Shown here: positions 1-13,563 of the stretch, in pieces
How the letters are laid out: each line of letters begins with the position of its first letter
How positions within the stretch are numbered: the stretch's first letter is position 1
Assembly: GCA_030141605.1 (NCBI GenBank)
Contig: JAQGDQ010000881.1
Coordinates: forward strand, 20,646-84,645
Source: Tubiluchus corallicola
Lineage: Eukaryota > Animalia > Priapulida
Direction: 5' to 3'
Length of the DNA stretch: 64,000 bases
Position numbers and translations under genes: made by a program
Notes under the pieces: model-generated
Database searches by the model: none
What the model was told of the DNA's origin: nothing
Seen by the model: the letters and a program-made list of their open reading frames with translations, nothing else

Positions 1-403
1 TATTAATTTGCACAATTTAAATTGCATTTGATTTGCAATGCTATTTTGTGCATTTATATCTTAGTATCATCAACGTACTAATTATTCCTTTTTTGGCTTG
101 ATTTATACTATTGAAAATGGCCATGATAGTTGAACGATCATCTCAATAAGCAAGTTGATTCTTATGGCTTAGCTTTTTCAAGTATTGGCTTATTTTTGGC
201 ATATTGATGTTGAATAACATTTTTCAGCTTTGATTCTTTTTTCTGCTGTTTTTTCCTTTAATTTACAAACTTTTTTTTAAAATATTTTTAGTCTTTATCA
301 TCCAAGCGCCTTTTTGTAAAATGACCAAGTAATGTTCAATATCAAAACCTTTATTGATAAAATTAAGCAGCATGGTTCACCTAGCCATAGACATCTGTGC
401 AGT

Positions 404-900
404 TAAAGGAAAAGTCAACACTTCTAGGAGGTTGGGGCTTATTTCAATGTTCGCGAAAAATGTTAGAAGGATTTAGTAATAAAACTGCAATAAGCGCCTC
501 GTGTAATTAGCAAAATCAGTTTAAAGTCGCGATCACTCCGTGTTTGGGCGTTCCCATTTTCATTTTCAATTCCCCATTCTTCTTCCAATGACGTCATTCG
601 TCTTGAAGAAAAGTAGCGCACTGTCAATCTTCATCAAAAGTATAAAACGTTTTTGTAACGGCTGATTTTGTAACATTTTTGCGTGAACATTAGGTAACCT
701 GCAGAATTAGTTTAAACAGCGCCCTTACGGAAAACCACGACGCGCTTACGAAACGTCACGAAGTCTCCCATTTACGTAATGAGTTTCAAGTGAATGGCAG
801 TAAGAACCACACCCGAAAATTTTAAATTATGCTTTATAGATAGCTTTTTGCAAATTTCTTTATTATATTTTTCGAAATTTAAGTGACAACAGTAAAAAAA
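404..900 (+). mobile_element. Dispersed repeat / non-autonomous DNA transposon with a TTAA-AGG terminus (Kolobok-like); right end uncertain
   Basis: Starts ttaaaggaaaagtc. Inverted homologous copies lie at ~49965-50389 (ending ttttcctttaa) and, partially, at ~28140-28316. Confidence 0.55.
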
Positions 901-2206
901 CCATCATACCGAATGAGCTGTTCTTTCTTTAAAAAGACTGGCGCTTTCACTTAGTGATGGGCGACTAACAGCCTAATCGAATGAATCGATATTACAACCA
1001 TGTGTTAATGTATAAATCGATTTATTTGACGATTGAACAGTAATTCAATTAATCGAGATTACTGGAGAGCAAAATTCATGTGTTACACACTGACTAAGAG
1101 GAAGTATGTTAGCACAAATAAATCGAATCTTAGCGGTTCTTCTTCATTTTTCTCATCTTCCACGATGCACACAATTGTGAGCCACTATATACGGTTAGAT
1201 AGAGAATTTGTCTGGCTTCAAACCGTGTATGACACGAAAAAATTATGTTTGATGCGGCACTAATAATGGCGGTTTGGAATTCGATCGAAGCAGCATTGAA
1301 AATCTGAATGCTTTCTTCAAATTTTGTTGTGGCATTTTTTGCATGTAAACTTGCTGACCAACAAATTATACGCGGTTAGATAGAGAATTTTTCTGGCTTT
1401 CAAACTGTGTATGACACGAATACATTCCGTTTGATGCTGCACTAATAATGGCGGTTTAGTTTTCCGTGCAAGCATAACATCAAAACAAACTGTGGTCTCA
1501 AAATTCGTTGACACGTGACGCGTGTAGTGATACAGTCATAGAGTAGTTAACGAAAAAGTAAGTATGTGTCTATAAAAATAGTTCCCATGTACGAAAATGG
1601 CAGACGGCCACGATGAAACTGTGAAGAGGTTATATTTCACTGGAATCATCGAAACATGTGGCTAAAACACTAAAAATTGTTGCAAAGGCTTAATCGTGAT
1701 ATCGAATTTCAAGGACGAGATTATAATTTAATTACAAAATTTCAAAATCGCCCATTATTACTTTCACTTCCGCACATAATTTCCATTATGATATTTTCTT
1801 GAGTAATAACATTAGATTTTTTACTACAATGTAAAATTCGCTATAAATTAAAATAGAATCTGTAGAAGCGATTTCACAGCCTACAATATAGCTTAATGTA
1901 ATTTGATTTTAAAAATTGAGAAACGTTTTAAAGTTTTCTGTTTAAATTACAGATAATTTACTGCAGTAGGAATATCAAAGACGCGGCAGTGTCATCTTTT
2001 CACATGTGGCGCAAGATGGCGCTGAATATTCGCGCCATGAAACCTGCAGACGTGAATGAACAGTTACGAATGTTTACAAATCCAGAAAGTAAGATTATTG
2101 TGATTTCTTTTCCATTTGATGACAAACTTTTTTCGTTTACTTTTTACAGACGATTTAAAGAAAAAAATCTTGCTCTTTAAAAATTGTAATCACATTTTCT
2201 TGACAG

Positions 2207-2301
2207 TGACTTGGAGCGACTATTTTAGTCACAACATTGGATACTGGGAGCAAAGAAATAATGGTCATTTGCTGTTTCTTTTCTACGAAGATATGGTCAA
2301 G
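2207..2301 (+). CDS. Cytosolic sulfotransferase (SULT family), internal exon; the upstream exons were not found in this window
   Basis: ttgacag| acceptor and |gtctg donor. The 95-bp exon reads (V)TWSDYFSHNIGYWEQRNNGHLLFLFYEDMVK, matching the SULT 'W..H...W......LFL.YEDM' segment. Confidence 0.9.
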
Positions 2302-2824
2302 GTCTGTGAAATTTCTTATAAAATTATTCTACTAATATAGGCTGCAGTTTTTTAAAACAAGGTTTGACAGGCGAGACAATATTTCAGCTCCCATAGTAAA
2401 GCTGAAATGTTCTGGCAAATCTGTTCATTTATCACAGTACAGCACGTTATATTAGTAAAAATGATAGTGTTGGTCGAAAGAACCTATTTTACTTATATAT
2501 AGGATGCCAACGCCTGAAAATTCCTGCAACGCTTGAGTAACAGTCAAAAAATCGAAAACGAACAACATTTTCTACGACGTTGTAAAAAATATAGTAGTAT
2601 AAAAGAGATTTTGTTTAATGAAATTTGCGTTTGGAGACCTACTTTTATATTACTTACCAATGAGGATAAATTCAAACTCTTATTGAGTAGTGATGATTAT
2701 GAGATGATTATGATGTTAGCAGCAAAGTTTATTACGAAATGTTTTTGTAAAAGAAACTCATGAAACAACAGTAATTTTTGTTCATAAAGTAGCAAGTTTT
2801 TTAAATGTATTGTTTTTTTTACAA

Positions 2825-3450
2825 AATTGCCATAAAATAGCCATGTAGGCATACCGGACACCAGCTACTGTTTAGTGGCACTTAAAGGAAGATTTTCAAG
2901 TCTGACAAAAAGTATACATTTTAACACAATTAATACTGGAAAAGCGTTTCTGATAATTAAATAGTAGATTAAAATCTTAATTAACAAACTAATATAATTT
3001 TCAACAGCACAAACATTCCACGAGCGTGTTGCATGTGTTTGTGAAAGCGAAAATTGATGTACAGTGTCACTGTAAGAGATATTCAGTGTGTTGTACTAAA
3101 ATTAGGCAAATTTTAACATAAACATTGAAATTTTAAATTTACCGCTGCGCCACGCATGAGCTGTCGAACGCTTGTAGCTCGTCACAAACTGACACATCTG
3201 AACTGAGAAGTACAGCACCTCTTTTTTGTGCAACGCGTTTTCGAAATGCAGGCGCTAGTGCCCGTCTAACTAGTGAATGGCGAAATGCATGTAACAGCGA
3301 AGAACTAGTGGCGCGAACGTGAAATTCTGTTTGTGTGTTAATCACAGTTTCACGCAAGTCATTCTTGAAAAATAGTATTTTACCTTTCAATATTTTAAAG
3401 AATAGATTGTTTTGACCTACAATTTAAGATTGGGTCCGATTTTGCTTTAA
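2825..3450. mobile_element. Dispersed repeat with TTAAAGG...CTTTAA termini (Kolobok-like MITE) in the SULT intron
   Basis: Clear inverted homologue at 26896-27580 and a partial copy at ~27945-28120. Confidence 0.6.
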
Positions 3451-3899
3451 TATTTTATAAATATCTCTCCCCGTTATATGTCTCCTAATCAGCAGTTCGT
3501 GTTTTTAAATGCATCACAAGATGTAGAAGTTATTAAAATCAATGCTAGATTGGTCCACAAAATATTTGAAGATAGGCCCAAATGAGATAACTAAGTGCAA
3601 GCTTGATTAACTGACTAACTGTAATACATATGCAATATTAGTTTTATAACATATATGTGTATGTTGCTCTGTTGTACGTGTTTTCTGTGCTTGTACCATT
3701 ATACCACTTATATGTGGTTCTTTGTTCAGATCTATAATGTTTTTAGGGGTCGTTTTTCTTTGTCTTTGTAATTTCTTTCCTTAATGGTTCAATAAATAAA
3801 TAAATTTTGTAATTTAGGCCCTAAGTACCAAATTCCAGTCACGTGCTCTTAAATGCTCCACCGTTTTTTTAACGTTAACAATGACTTCTTTTTCTAAAG

Positions 3900-4083
3900 G
3901 ATCGTGAAAGCTCAATAAAGAAGATCGCTGATTTCCTGGAATATGAACTCAAAGATGAGCAACTGACGAAAATCCTAGCAGCAACAAGTTTTGGTAAAAT
4001 GAAGTCTGATCAGTCTGTCAACTGGGAATTTTTGAAGAAGATTGGTGCGCAGACTCCAGATGCTGATCCATTTATTAGAAAAG
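3900..4083 (+). CDS. Cytosolic sulfotransferase, penultimate exon
   Basis: tttctaaag| acceptor and |gtttgg donor. Reads DRESSIKKIADFLEYELKDEQLTKILAATSFGKMKSDQSVNWEFLKKIGAQTPDADPFIRK(G); phases fit both neighbouring exons. Confidence 0.92.
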
Positions 4084-5127
4084 GTTTGGAACTTTCAGCG
4101 TATTCACACTAAATCCGTTCATTCTGTGCACTGTTCACACTGAACATTGTCTCTTTCCAGTGTGTTGTTCACTTTAAATACAGCGATAGAAAAAGTGCAG
4201 GAATTTTCAGCGTATTCACACTGAATACGTTCATTCTGTGCACTGTTCACACTGAACATTGTCACTTTTTCAGTATGCTGTTCACTTTGAATACAACGAT
4301 TTATCAGTAAAACAATATTTGTGGTGAGGTTTGGGTTTATTATCCATAAGGATGATAGTCACAACCAAACAGATGTCATTCACACTAAAATCTGCCACCC
4401 AAACAGTCCCTAATTATGCATAATTCGTGTTATTACCATAACACAAGCAATGCGACAGTATTCCAAGCAGTGCAGTATTCAAGACAAGCACAGTTACTCA
4501 AACAGTGTATTATTCATAATAATCACAGTTACTCCTACAGCAGTCTACATTATTCACAATTACTCAAGAAGTGCACTATTCGTAATAATCACAGTTACTC
4601 AGTAGTCTGTGTTACTCAAAAGCATCACAATTACTCAAGCAGTTCATTATTCATAATAATCACAATTACTCAAACAGTGCATTATTCAGAATAATCACAA
4701 TTACTCTCGCAGCAGTTTATGTTACTCAAAACCGTCACAATTACTCAAGCAGTGCATTATTCAGAATAATCACAATTACTCTTGCAGCAGTTAATGTTAC
4801 CCAAAACCGTCACAATTACTAAAGCAGTGCATTATTCATGATAATCACAGTTACTCAGCAGTCTATATTACTCAAAACCGTCACAATTACTCAATTACAG
4901 GAGCAACACAGTCTTGGAAAAAGTTATTATTTTAAAAGTGTAGACGAAACGAATATCCATGAATTATGTCTTTCCGTTGTCTACTTTAATCGCGCCATCT
5001 TGCGGCAGGGAGTGAGACATAACAGTGAATAATGAGGTTTTTAAGGTTGCTGCCAGATTTGGTTTTTGTAAATTTGTGACGTCATTTATTATTTGTTTTG
5101 TTTTTCATTTGCATAACATTTTCACAG

Positions 5128-5240
5128 GGACAGTTGGAGATTGGAAGAACCATTTCAATGAGTCAATGAACACTTACGCAGATGACCTCTGTCGGGAGAA
5201 ATTAGAAACTATTGGACTAAGACATACATATGAGTTGTGA
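5128..5240 (+). CDS. Cytosolic sulfotransferase, terminal exon (copy 1)
   Basis: ttcacag| acceptor. Splicing gives RK-GTVGDWKNHF...TYEL*, the conserved RKGxxGDWKNxF motif of cytosolic SULTs. Confidence 0.92.
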
Positions 5241-5621
5241 TGTTTATGCTGTCGTGTGGTGGTTGTTATTGTAATAATTTTGTAACGTGAATCGAATAAT
5301 TTCAGACAATTGTAATTGTAGACCTACTCTACATCGTACAGTTTCAATACACGTTCTGAAATAATGCATGGTTAATAGTACATTTTCAACGTACTATTGA
5401 AAGGTCTTGTACAGTGTACTTTATGAAGTTTAAGTTTTACGCAAAGAAACAGAAGGAAAATGCTTTAACTAGGATTCTCTGAAACTTTTTTAAAAACATT
5501 TTCTTGGTAGCTTATACAAGACGAAAATCTGAAATAGGAACTAATTAGATGGCGCCTGTAAAATTCAGTCTTAGTTACGCCAGGTTTTGCATTTGGTTGC
5601 CACGTGTCACATGTTAAGGTG

Positions 5622-6227
5622 TAGCATTGTTTACAAATTCAGCGTCACAGAATCGACGCGGTATCCAAGCAAGCCGTTGCTAACCCACTTAGCATTGTTT
5701 ACTAACTCAGCGTCACAGAATCGACGCGGTATCCAAGCAAGCCGTTGCTAACCCACTTAGCATTGTTTACTAAATCAGCGTCACAGAATCGACGCGGTAT
5801 CCAAGCAAGCCGTTGCTAACCCACTTAGCATTGTTTACTAACTCAGCGTCACAGAATCGACGCGGTATCCAAGCAAGCCGTTGCTAACACATTTAGCATT
5901 GTTTACTAACTCAGCGTCACAGAATCGACGCGGTATCCAAGCACGCCGTTGCTAACACATTTAGCATTGTTTACTAACTCAGCGTCACAGAATCGACGCG
6001 GTATCCAAGCAAGCCGTTGCTAACACATTTAGCATTGTTTACTAACTCAGCGTCACAGACTCGACGCGGTATCCAAGCAAGCCGTTGCTAACACATTTAG
6101 CATTGTTTACTAACTCAGCGTCACAGAATCGACGCGGTATCCAAGCAAACCGTTGCTAACCCACTTAGCATTGTTTCCAAATTCAGCGTCACAGAAACAA
6201 CGCGGTATCCAAGGAAGCCGTTGCTAG
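5622..6227. repeat. 68-bp minisatellite, about 9 copies
   Basis: Unit tagcattgtttactaactcagcgtcacagaatcgacgcggtatccaagcaagccgttgctaacccact; only 2 copies in the duplicate (24439-24568). Confidence 0.95.
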
Positions 6228-7109
6228 GGCATTTTTGTTTGGCTAGCGATTTTTCGAAGTTTCACGAACAAAAGCAACTAAAATGTTTTGGGGGCAAAAA
6301 TGCAATTTCGAAACTCAATTTTATTAGGAAGGAAGCCATGAAATTTAATAATATTAGTGTCAAACTTCAAGTTACGCTTGTCTCTTTTAATTAAAGGAAA
6401 CTTGTGCTTACATTAAATTTGACATGTAAGCTATTTTCCAAAACGTGTGTGCTCTAACTTATTTCATTTTTACAACATGTTTCATTTTGTAATAAACTTT
6501 TAAACTGTCTAAATAATCATTAGAATCTTGTATAATTTTGGTACACTGTAGCATGATTTTTGTTCGTAGTTCTGTGTGATTAGAACCATGCTGGTGGAGA
6601 AATTTTCACTGATTAATCTAAAAAATATATTTCATCACCATCATCGTCGTTATCGTCATCATCGTCGTCATCGTCATCTTCTTCGTCATCATCATCAGCG
6701 TCATCATCATTATCAATATTTGGCACAACTGTGACTCAATACTATTCCATTAACTGTTTTGCACCCCCTCAAGTAAGAGCGCCCCGCATAGGTAATGATC
6801 AATGACAAAGTGGCGTTCATAATTGCTCACTGATCAGCAAATAGACATTATAACCAATTGCACTCCGCTACAGCGTATCAGAGGTGGGATAGCGGAAATC
6901 GTTTACATTTCCGGTAGATCTCTTCTTTTTTTTGGATTTTGAAAATCGGCTTCAACGAAATTATATTCGCTGTTGAACTAAATAGACGCTCGAAGGAAAA
7001 AACTTTATTTCAACCTGTCGGAATCAACATTTCTAATAAGGTAATAGTTTTTCTTTTTAAAGTGAATTTAAATTTAAGAATTATATTTAAGACATATAAT
7101 TTTAATATT

Positions 7110-7141
<32 letters not shown>

Positions 7142-7947
7142 AAGCAAATGAGAGAGTGAGAGAAAAAAGAAAGAGAGGCAGAGAGAGAGAGAGAGAGACG
7201 ACTAAGTGAACTGCCTTGTCTTAAATAATTTTAGTTTCTGGAGTTTCTCAAAAAATACATTTTGTTTTCTTGTGGATGGAGATTCACTAGAAAGATAGTT
7301 TCGTAACTAATCATAACCTAGCAAACAAAGTTTGATCATGATCTCAAGCTAATACTAAAGTATCAAAAAATTATACGTACTGATAGTAATATATCGTAAT
7401 ACGTTATTGAGAATTTGTTGTCATTGAGAAACGAATTTTAACTTAACGAATAAAAAGATTGGAAGTTTTGCACTTTCAAAGATTGCACTCTTGTGGTATT
7501 TCTGGTGATTAATATTTCATGTAAACATATTGAGCGACAGTCTGTTAATTGTTTCTAATTTTTGTCTAACTTGAGATAATTTTTTATCATTATTGTTTAT
7601 AAACTATTATGTTGTACTTCTAAATATTTTAAAGTTATATTAAGTTATTAAATCATTTTAGCTTTGAAATAATTTGTGATAGTATTATACCGAATGTAAT
7701 CAGGACAGGACTATGGAAAATATAAAATTAATCTAGGCCTGATTGAAAACGCAGGGTCTTTCATCTTTCGAGTTCTGTATGTATAAAAAGTTTAGACATA
7801 CGTGCGTAAATAGAAAAAAAGAAATTATTTTTTATTTTCTCCAATTTTCCGGTTTTAGAATAACTCTCTGCTGTTGCGTTGTTGTGTTTATTAATAATAA
7901 TTATTTGTAATTATCTGCGCCAATGACTACATGGCTACATTTTCAAT

Positions 7948-10707
7948 AATTTCTATCACACATTAAAACTAGTAAGTTAAAATTTCAGGATTAAAAATAG
8001 TTTAGCAATTTAATTGCAAATCATCGAAATTTCTATCATACATTAAAACTAGTAAGTTAAAATTTCAGAATTAAAAATAGTATAGCAATTTAATTGCAAA
8101 TCACCAAAATTTCTATCACACATTAAAACTAGTAAGTCAAAATTTCAGGATTAAAAATAGTATAGCAATTTAATTGCAAATCATCGAAATTTCTATCATA
8201 CATTAAAACTAGTAAGTTAAAATTTCAGGATTAAAAATAGTATAGCAATTTAATTGCAAATCATCGAAATTTCTATCAAACATTAAAACTAGTAAGTTAA
8301 AATTTCAGGATTAAAAATAGTTTAGCAATTTAATTGCAAATCACCAAAATTTCTATCACACATTAAAACTAGTAAGTTAAAATTTCAGGATTAAAAATAG
8401 TTTAGCAATTTAATTGCAAATCATCGAAATTTCTATCATACATTAAAACTAGTAAGTTAAAATTTCAGAATTAAAAATAGTATAGCAATTTAATTGCAAA
8501 TCATCGAAATTTCTATCATACATTAAAACTAGTAAGTTAAAATTTCAGGATTAAAAATAGTATAGCAATTTAATTGCAAATCATCGAAATTTCTATCACA
8601 CATTAAAACTAGTAAGTCAAAATTTCAGGATTAAAAATAGTATAGCAATTTAATTGCAAATCATCGAAATTTCTATCATACATTAAAACTAGTAAGTTAA
8701 AATTTCAGGATTAAAAATAGTTTAGCAATTTAATTGCAAATCATCGAAATTTCTATCACACATTAAAACTAGTAAGTTAAAATTTCAGGATTAAAAATAG
8801 TTTAGCAATTTAATTGCAAATCATCGAAATTTCTATCATACATTAAAACTAGTAAGTTAACATTTCAGGATTAAAAATAGTTTAGCAATTTAATTGCAAA
8901 TCATCGAAATTTCTATCATACATTAAAACTAGTAAGTTAAAATTTCAGGATTAAAAATAGTTTAGCAATTTAATTGCAAATCATCGAAATTTCTATCATA
9001 CATTAAAACTAGTAAGTTAAAATTTCAGAATTAAAAATAGTATAGCAATTTAATTGCAAATCACCAAAATTTCTATCACACATTAAAACTAGTAAGTCAA
9101 AATTTCAGGATTAAAAATAGTATAGCAATTTAATTGCAAATCATCGAAATTTCTATCATACATTAAAACTAGTAAGTTAAAATTTCAGGATTAAAAATAG
9201 TATAGCAATTTAATTGCAAATCATCGAAATTTCTATCAAACATTAAAACTAGTAAGTTAAAATTTCAGGATTAAAAATAGTTTAGCAATTTAATTGCAAA
9301 TCACCAAAATTTCTATCACACATTAAAACTAGTAAGTTAAAATTTCAGGATTAAAAATAGTTTAGCAATTTAATTGCAAATCATCGAAATTTCTATCATA
9401 CATTAAAACTAGTAAGTTAAAATTTCAGAATTAAAAATAGTATAGCAATTTAATTGCAAATCATCGAAATTTCTATCATACATTAAAACTAGTAAGTTAA
9501 AATTTCAGGATTAAAAATAGTATAGCAATTTAATTGCAAATCATCGAAATTTCTATCACACATTAAAACTAGTAAGTCAAAATTTCAGGATTAAAAATAG
9601 TATAGCAATTTAATTGCAAATCATCGAAATTTCTATCATACATTAAAACTAGTAAGTTAAAATTTCAGGATTAAAAATAGTTTAGCAATTTAATTGCAAA
9701 TCATCGAAATTTCTATCATACATTAAAACTAGTAAGTTAAAATTTCAGAATTAAAAATAGTATAGCAATTTAATTGCAAATCATCGAAATTTCTATCATA
9801 CATTAAAACTAGTAAGTTAACATTTCAGGATTAAAAATAGTTTAGCAATTTAATTGCAAATCACCGAAATTTCTATCACACATTAAAACTAGTAAGTTAA
9901 AATTTCAGAATTAAAAATAGTATAGCAATTTAATTGCAAATCATCGAAATTTCTATCATACATTAAAACTAGTAAGTTAAAATTTCAGGATTAAAAATAG
10001 TTTAGCAATTTAATTGCAAATCATCGAAATTTCTATCACACATTAAAACTAGTAAGTTAAAATTTCAGGATTAAAAATAGTTTAGCAATTTAATTGCAAA
10101 TCACCGAAATTTCTATCACACATTAAAACTAGTAAGTTAAAATTTCAGAATTAAAAATAGTTTAGCAATTTAATTGCAAATCACCGAAATTTCTATCACA
10201 CATTAAAACTAGTAAGTTAAAATTTCAGGATTAAAAATAGTATAGCAATTTAATTGCAAATCACGGAAATTTCTATCATACATTAAAACTAGTAAGTTAA
10301 AATTTCAGGATTAAAAATAGTTTAGCAATTTAATTGCAAATCACCGAAATTTCTATCACACATTAAAACTAGTAAGTTAAAATTTCAGGATTAAAAATAG
10401 TTTAGCAATTTATTTGCAAATCATCGAAATTTCTATCAAACATTAAAACTAGTAAGTTAAAATTTCAGGATTAAAAATAGTTTAGCAATTTAATTGCAAA
10501 TCACCGAAATTTCTATCATACATTAAAACTAGTAAGAAAAAATTTCAGGATTAAAAATAGTTTAGCAATTTAATTGCAAATCACCGAAATTTCTATCATA
10601 CATTAAAACTAGTAAGTTAAAATTTCAGGATTAAAAATAGTATAGCAATTTAATTGCAAATCACCGAAATTTCTATCACACATTAAAACTAGTAAGTTAA
10701 AATTTCA
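7948..10707. repeat. 80-bp satellite array, about 34 copies, with a 960-bp higher-order duplication
   Basis: Unit aatttcaggattaaaaatagtttagcaatttaattgcaaatcatcgaaatttctatcatacattaaaactagtaagttaa; diagnostic variants recur at a 960-bp offset (8101 vs 9061). Confidence 0.97.
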
Positions 10708-10898
10708 TGGATTTGTATTCAGCACTTGGTAAACATAGATCATTCCCTCTCTCCCTGCATAGTAATTAGGTAATACTTCCTTCTTGACAAGTTTCCATGC
10801 CTTCTCTTTTTCTAGTTTCTCCATTAACGGTTGTAGTCCTTTCAAAGAAGGGGATTCTTCTAGCACCTCAATTCGATTAGTGATCATAACTATACCAC
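10705..10898 (-). CDS. METTL27: METTL27/WBSCR27-like methyltransferase, exon 5 (terminal)
   Basis: ttctag| acceptor; reads GGIVMITNRIEVLEESPSLKGLQPLMEKLEKEKAWKLVKKEVLPNYYAGREGMIYVYQVLNTNP*. Confidence 0.85.
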
Positions 10899-11034
10899 CT
10901 AGAAGCAAGCAAACTAAGTTACATTTAAACTCAAAATTCTCAAGCAATTTGCTGATATTACTTTTCATTACTATTAATGCAAAAACAGAAATTATGGCAT
11001 TACTTTTCTCAGTTGTTAGACAATTGTTTAGGAG

Positions 11035-11201
11035 CTGGCTCGTGGAAAAGATAGGGTTTGATGAACCCTGGCTCGTGGAAAAGATAGGGTTTGATGAACC
11101 CTGGCTCGTTGAAAAGATAGGGTTTGATGAACCCTGGCTCGTGGAAAAGATAGGGTTTGATGAACCCTGGCTCGTGGAAAACATAGGGTTTGATGAACCC
11201 T
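11035..11201. repeat. 33-bp minisatellite, 5 copies, in methyltransferase intron 4
   Basis: Unit ctggctcgtggaaaagatagggtttgatgaacc. Confidence 0.9.
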
Positions 11202-11324
11202 GACATTTTTGACAGTTTCTTTCTGTTTGGTCCATGTGAAGTCTCTTGTTTTTGACATAGTAGTGTATAATATTAATATAATTTTTTCCTGTCTGCTCTA
11301 TAAAACAGTAACGATAGTTATTAC

Positions 11325-11417
11325 CTGGTTTTACCAGCCTCACTGTTTCCACTAGACATTCCGGCTCCAAATGACCTTGAGCAAAGGAACCAGCAATTGT
11401 AATGGCATCATACGTAT
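11325..11417 (-). CDS. METTL27: METTL27-like methyltransferase, exon 4
   Basis: AG/GT bounded; reads (D)TYDAITIAGSFAQGHLEPECLVETVRLVKPG (class I MTase motifs II-III). Confidence 0.88.
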
Positions 11418-12609
11418 CTAAACAAACGTTTGTCTTTTTCATTACAAATGTGAGTAAAGGAAAGCCGTGTTAAATAGCGATTTTGATTAAATTGACGATT
11501 AAATTATTGAATTAATAATTCAAGATTAAATGCTTGACGACGCAAGATTAAACTATCGTCGTGGATAGAAGCCTAGTTAGGTGAGGCATCACGTGACCAG
11601 CTGATGTTCGACCGGCTGACTCAGAAGTAAAGATTGATGATGTAATCCTTATGCGCAGAAGCTCACGGCGCATTAGGTAGTTAGACAAAAGTGTTTTGAC
11701 GCCCGCACTTCGGAGGAGATTAGGAACTGACTTGAAGGCGGAGGGCTGGCATTACTATCCTCTTATATTTATCGTGTTGTGGTTGTTGTTTAATAAATGT
11801 GTAGTTTATTAAATAAAGTCTTGATAATTTGCCATGCCCATCGTGGCTAGCTCACACGCCACGCAATAAACAACAATAATCAGCAAGCAGCATTAACCAC
11901 AAGAATAAATAGACCTTAACCAATTATTTTGCTATGCGCTAGTTTGACTGGCTGTGTTTGTATGTGTGTGTGTTTGTTCGCACAATCGGATAAGGCATAA
12001 TCACTTATCAGGCATAGACTAGACAAGAGCAGGAAAGCACAAACCTGTTGATTTTGAATTCAAAATGTCTAAGGTGAAGTTCACAAGTTCCAAAAATGTC
12101 TATAAAATTAAAATCGAAGTTATAATCATCAAACTTGGCATAAGGACGGTCAAGGGATATTGATAGAGGTTTGGACAGGACCCGAAAGCTCATTGCTTTT
12201 TGGTTCAAAAAGTTAAAAGTCAGGGTTACAGTGACATGGGCGTGGTTCAGCACTTTGTTAGCATGTCCCTATCATGTAGTAAATATGCAGTCAGTAACGG
12301 AAAATGATATTGACGATATTGGAAAAAAGTATAGATTAGATTGGAGGTTTTTCCTTTTGAGCGCGTGTCGTGGTTTTCAGGGCACAGCAATAAGCCTTTT
12401 CACAGTTTCGTTGTGTGCATGTGCAGTTGCTGTAGGTCAAACAGGTCAAACATTCGACGTTTTTCCGTTTGAACACGCGTCGTGGTATTCAGTGCACAAC
12501 AATAAGCCTTTTCAAGTTTCGTTGTGTGCATGTGCAGTTGCTGTAGGTCAAACATTCGATGTTTTTCCTTTTGAGCACATGTCGTGGTATTCAGTGCACA
12601 ACAATAAGC

Positions 12610-13000
12610 CTTTTCACAGTTTCGTTGTGTGCATGTGCAGTTGTTGTCGGTCAAACATTAATTGCACTAGAGCAACCCGTCTTAGCTACAACCATCACAT
12701 GATATGTGTGTAAAGCAAAGCCGTGTGCTGCATCAGAACAGTAATTTCAGTTATTTTACGTGGACTTTACTTATTTATGCATTAGTCTATGCATAGAGTG
12801 ATTTATTAGCAGGACCTTGCTTGGGAACAAGAAAAAATGAACTAGGTAAAGATCTAGCTAGTTATGAAAACTGTATTACAATAGCTTGGGCTGCAAAGCA
12901 TTGTGAAGTATAGCGTTGTCTGATACATCTAGCCTTTCACCTTTTCACGATCACCATCAATCGCTAGAACTTGGAAAAGACTTATTAGTACTAGATGAGT
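12610..13000 (+). mobile_element. Dispersed MITE-like repeat
   Basis: Homologous to 42894-43265 and, inverted, to ~18960-19150; the 42.9-kb copy has cacagtt/aactgtg termini. Confidence 0.55.
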
Positions 13001-13395
13001 TTACACACTGCTCTCTGTGTATGTGTTACATTCTAATAAACTGAAATATTACTATGCATGAACTTTAGCATTCATTAGTTAGCTAGCTGTTTAACCTTTG
13101 ACCTTTTCACGATCATCATCAATCATTGGAATTTATTGTTCTGAATGTTCTAATACTGTGAAGAGTGATTCTCATCAGAACTTAAACACTGATTTGAAAC
13201 TGAATTATTGATAGTTCTGATTTGGTTTTGGTGTTCTTTGTGCTGTTTGTATGGATGGTCTCCAAAATTGCCCATCAATGAAAACACCAATGCGTCACGT
13301 GACTCCAAAACGGTTTATCTATTTTTTATGCCACTAATATCAAGCTTTTATTTCATGCTGCTATGAAATGATTTTACAATTAACTATCAACGTAC

Positions 13396-13531
13396 CTGCG
13401 GGTATATCTTGCGGGTTCTTGGTAAAGAGCGTACAGAAATAATTGCAGTAAATTTCTGAATTCTTTGCTTCTTGCAACATTTCTTGGCAAGCGTCCAACG
13501 CGTCGATGTTCGTGAAACCCTTTGCATGTAA
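13396..13531 (-). CDS. METTL27: METTL27-like methyltransferase, exon 3
   Basis: AG/GT bounded; reads LHAKGFTNIDALDACQEMLQEAKNSEIYCNYFCTLFTKNPQDIPA (post-I motif). Confidence 0.88.
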
Positions 13532-13563
13532 CTGCAAACATAGAATAGAAAATAATTACGTTA

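Larger units (their letters stand above)
4107..7950 (+). repeat. Segmental duplication, copy 1 (SULT last intron, terminal exon and 3' flank)
   Basis: Collinear with 23057-26570; homology ends at ...ggctacattttcaataatttct. Confidence 0.95.

Noticed and set aside
5622-10707. CRISPR-like appearance of the regular arrays (also 37760-38665 and 58594-61437)
   Set aside because: No unique spacers, no cas genes, and a eukaryotic context.
10705-11442. 245-aa ORF as a single coding unit
   Set aside because: It joins exons 4 and 5 through a 426-bp stop-free intron containing a 33-bp repeat; the spliced form fits the family (VKPG-GIV).
11555-11880. Possible solo LTR in the methyltransferase intron
   Set aside because: Has AATAAA and a CA end but no clear TG start or TSD.
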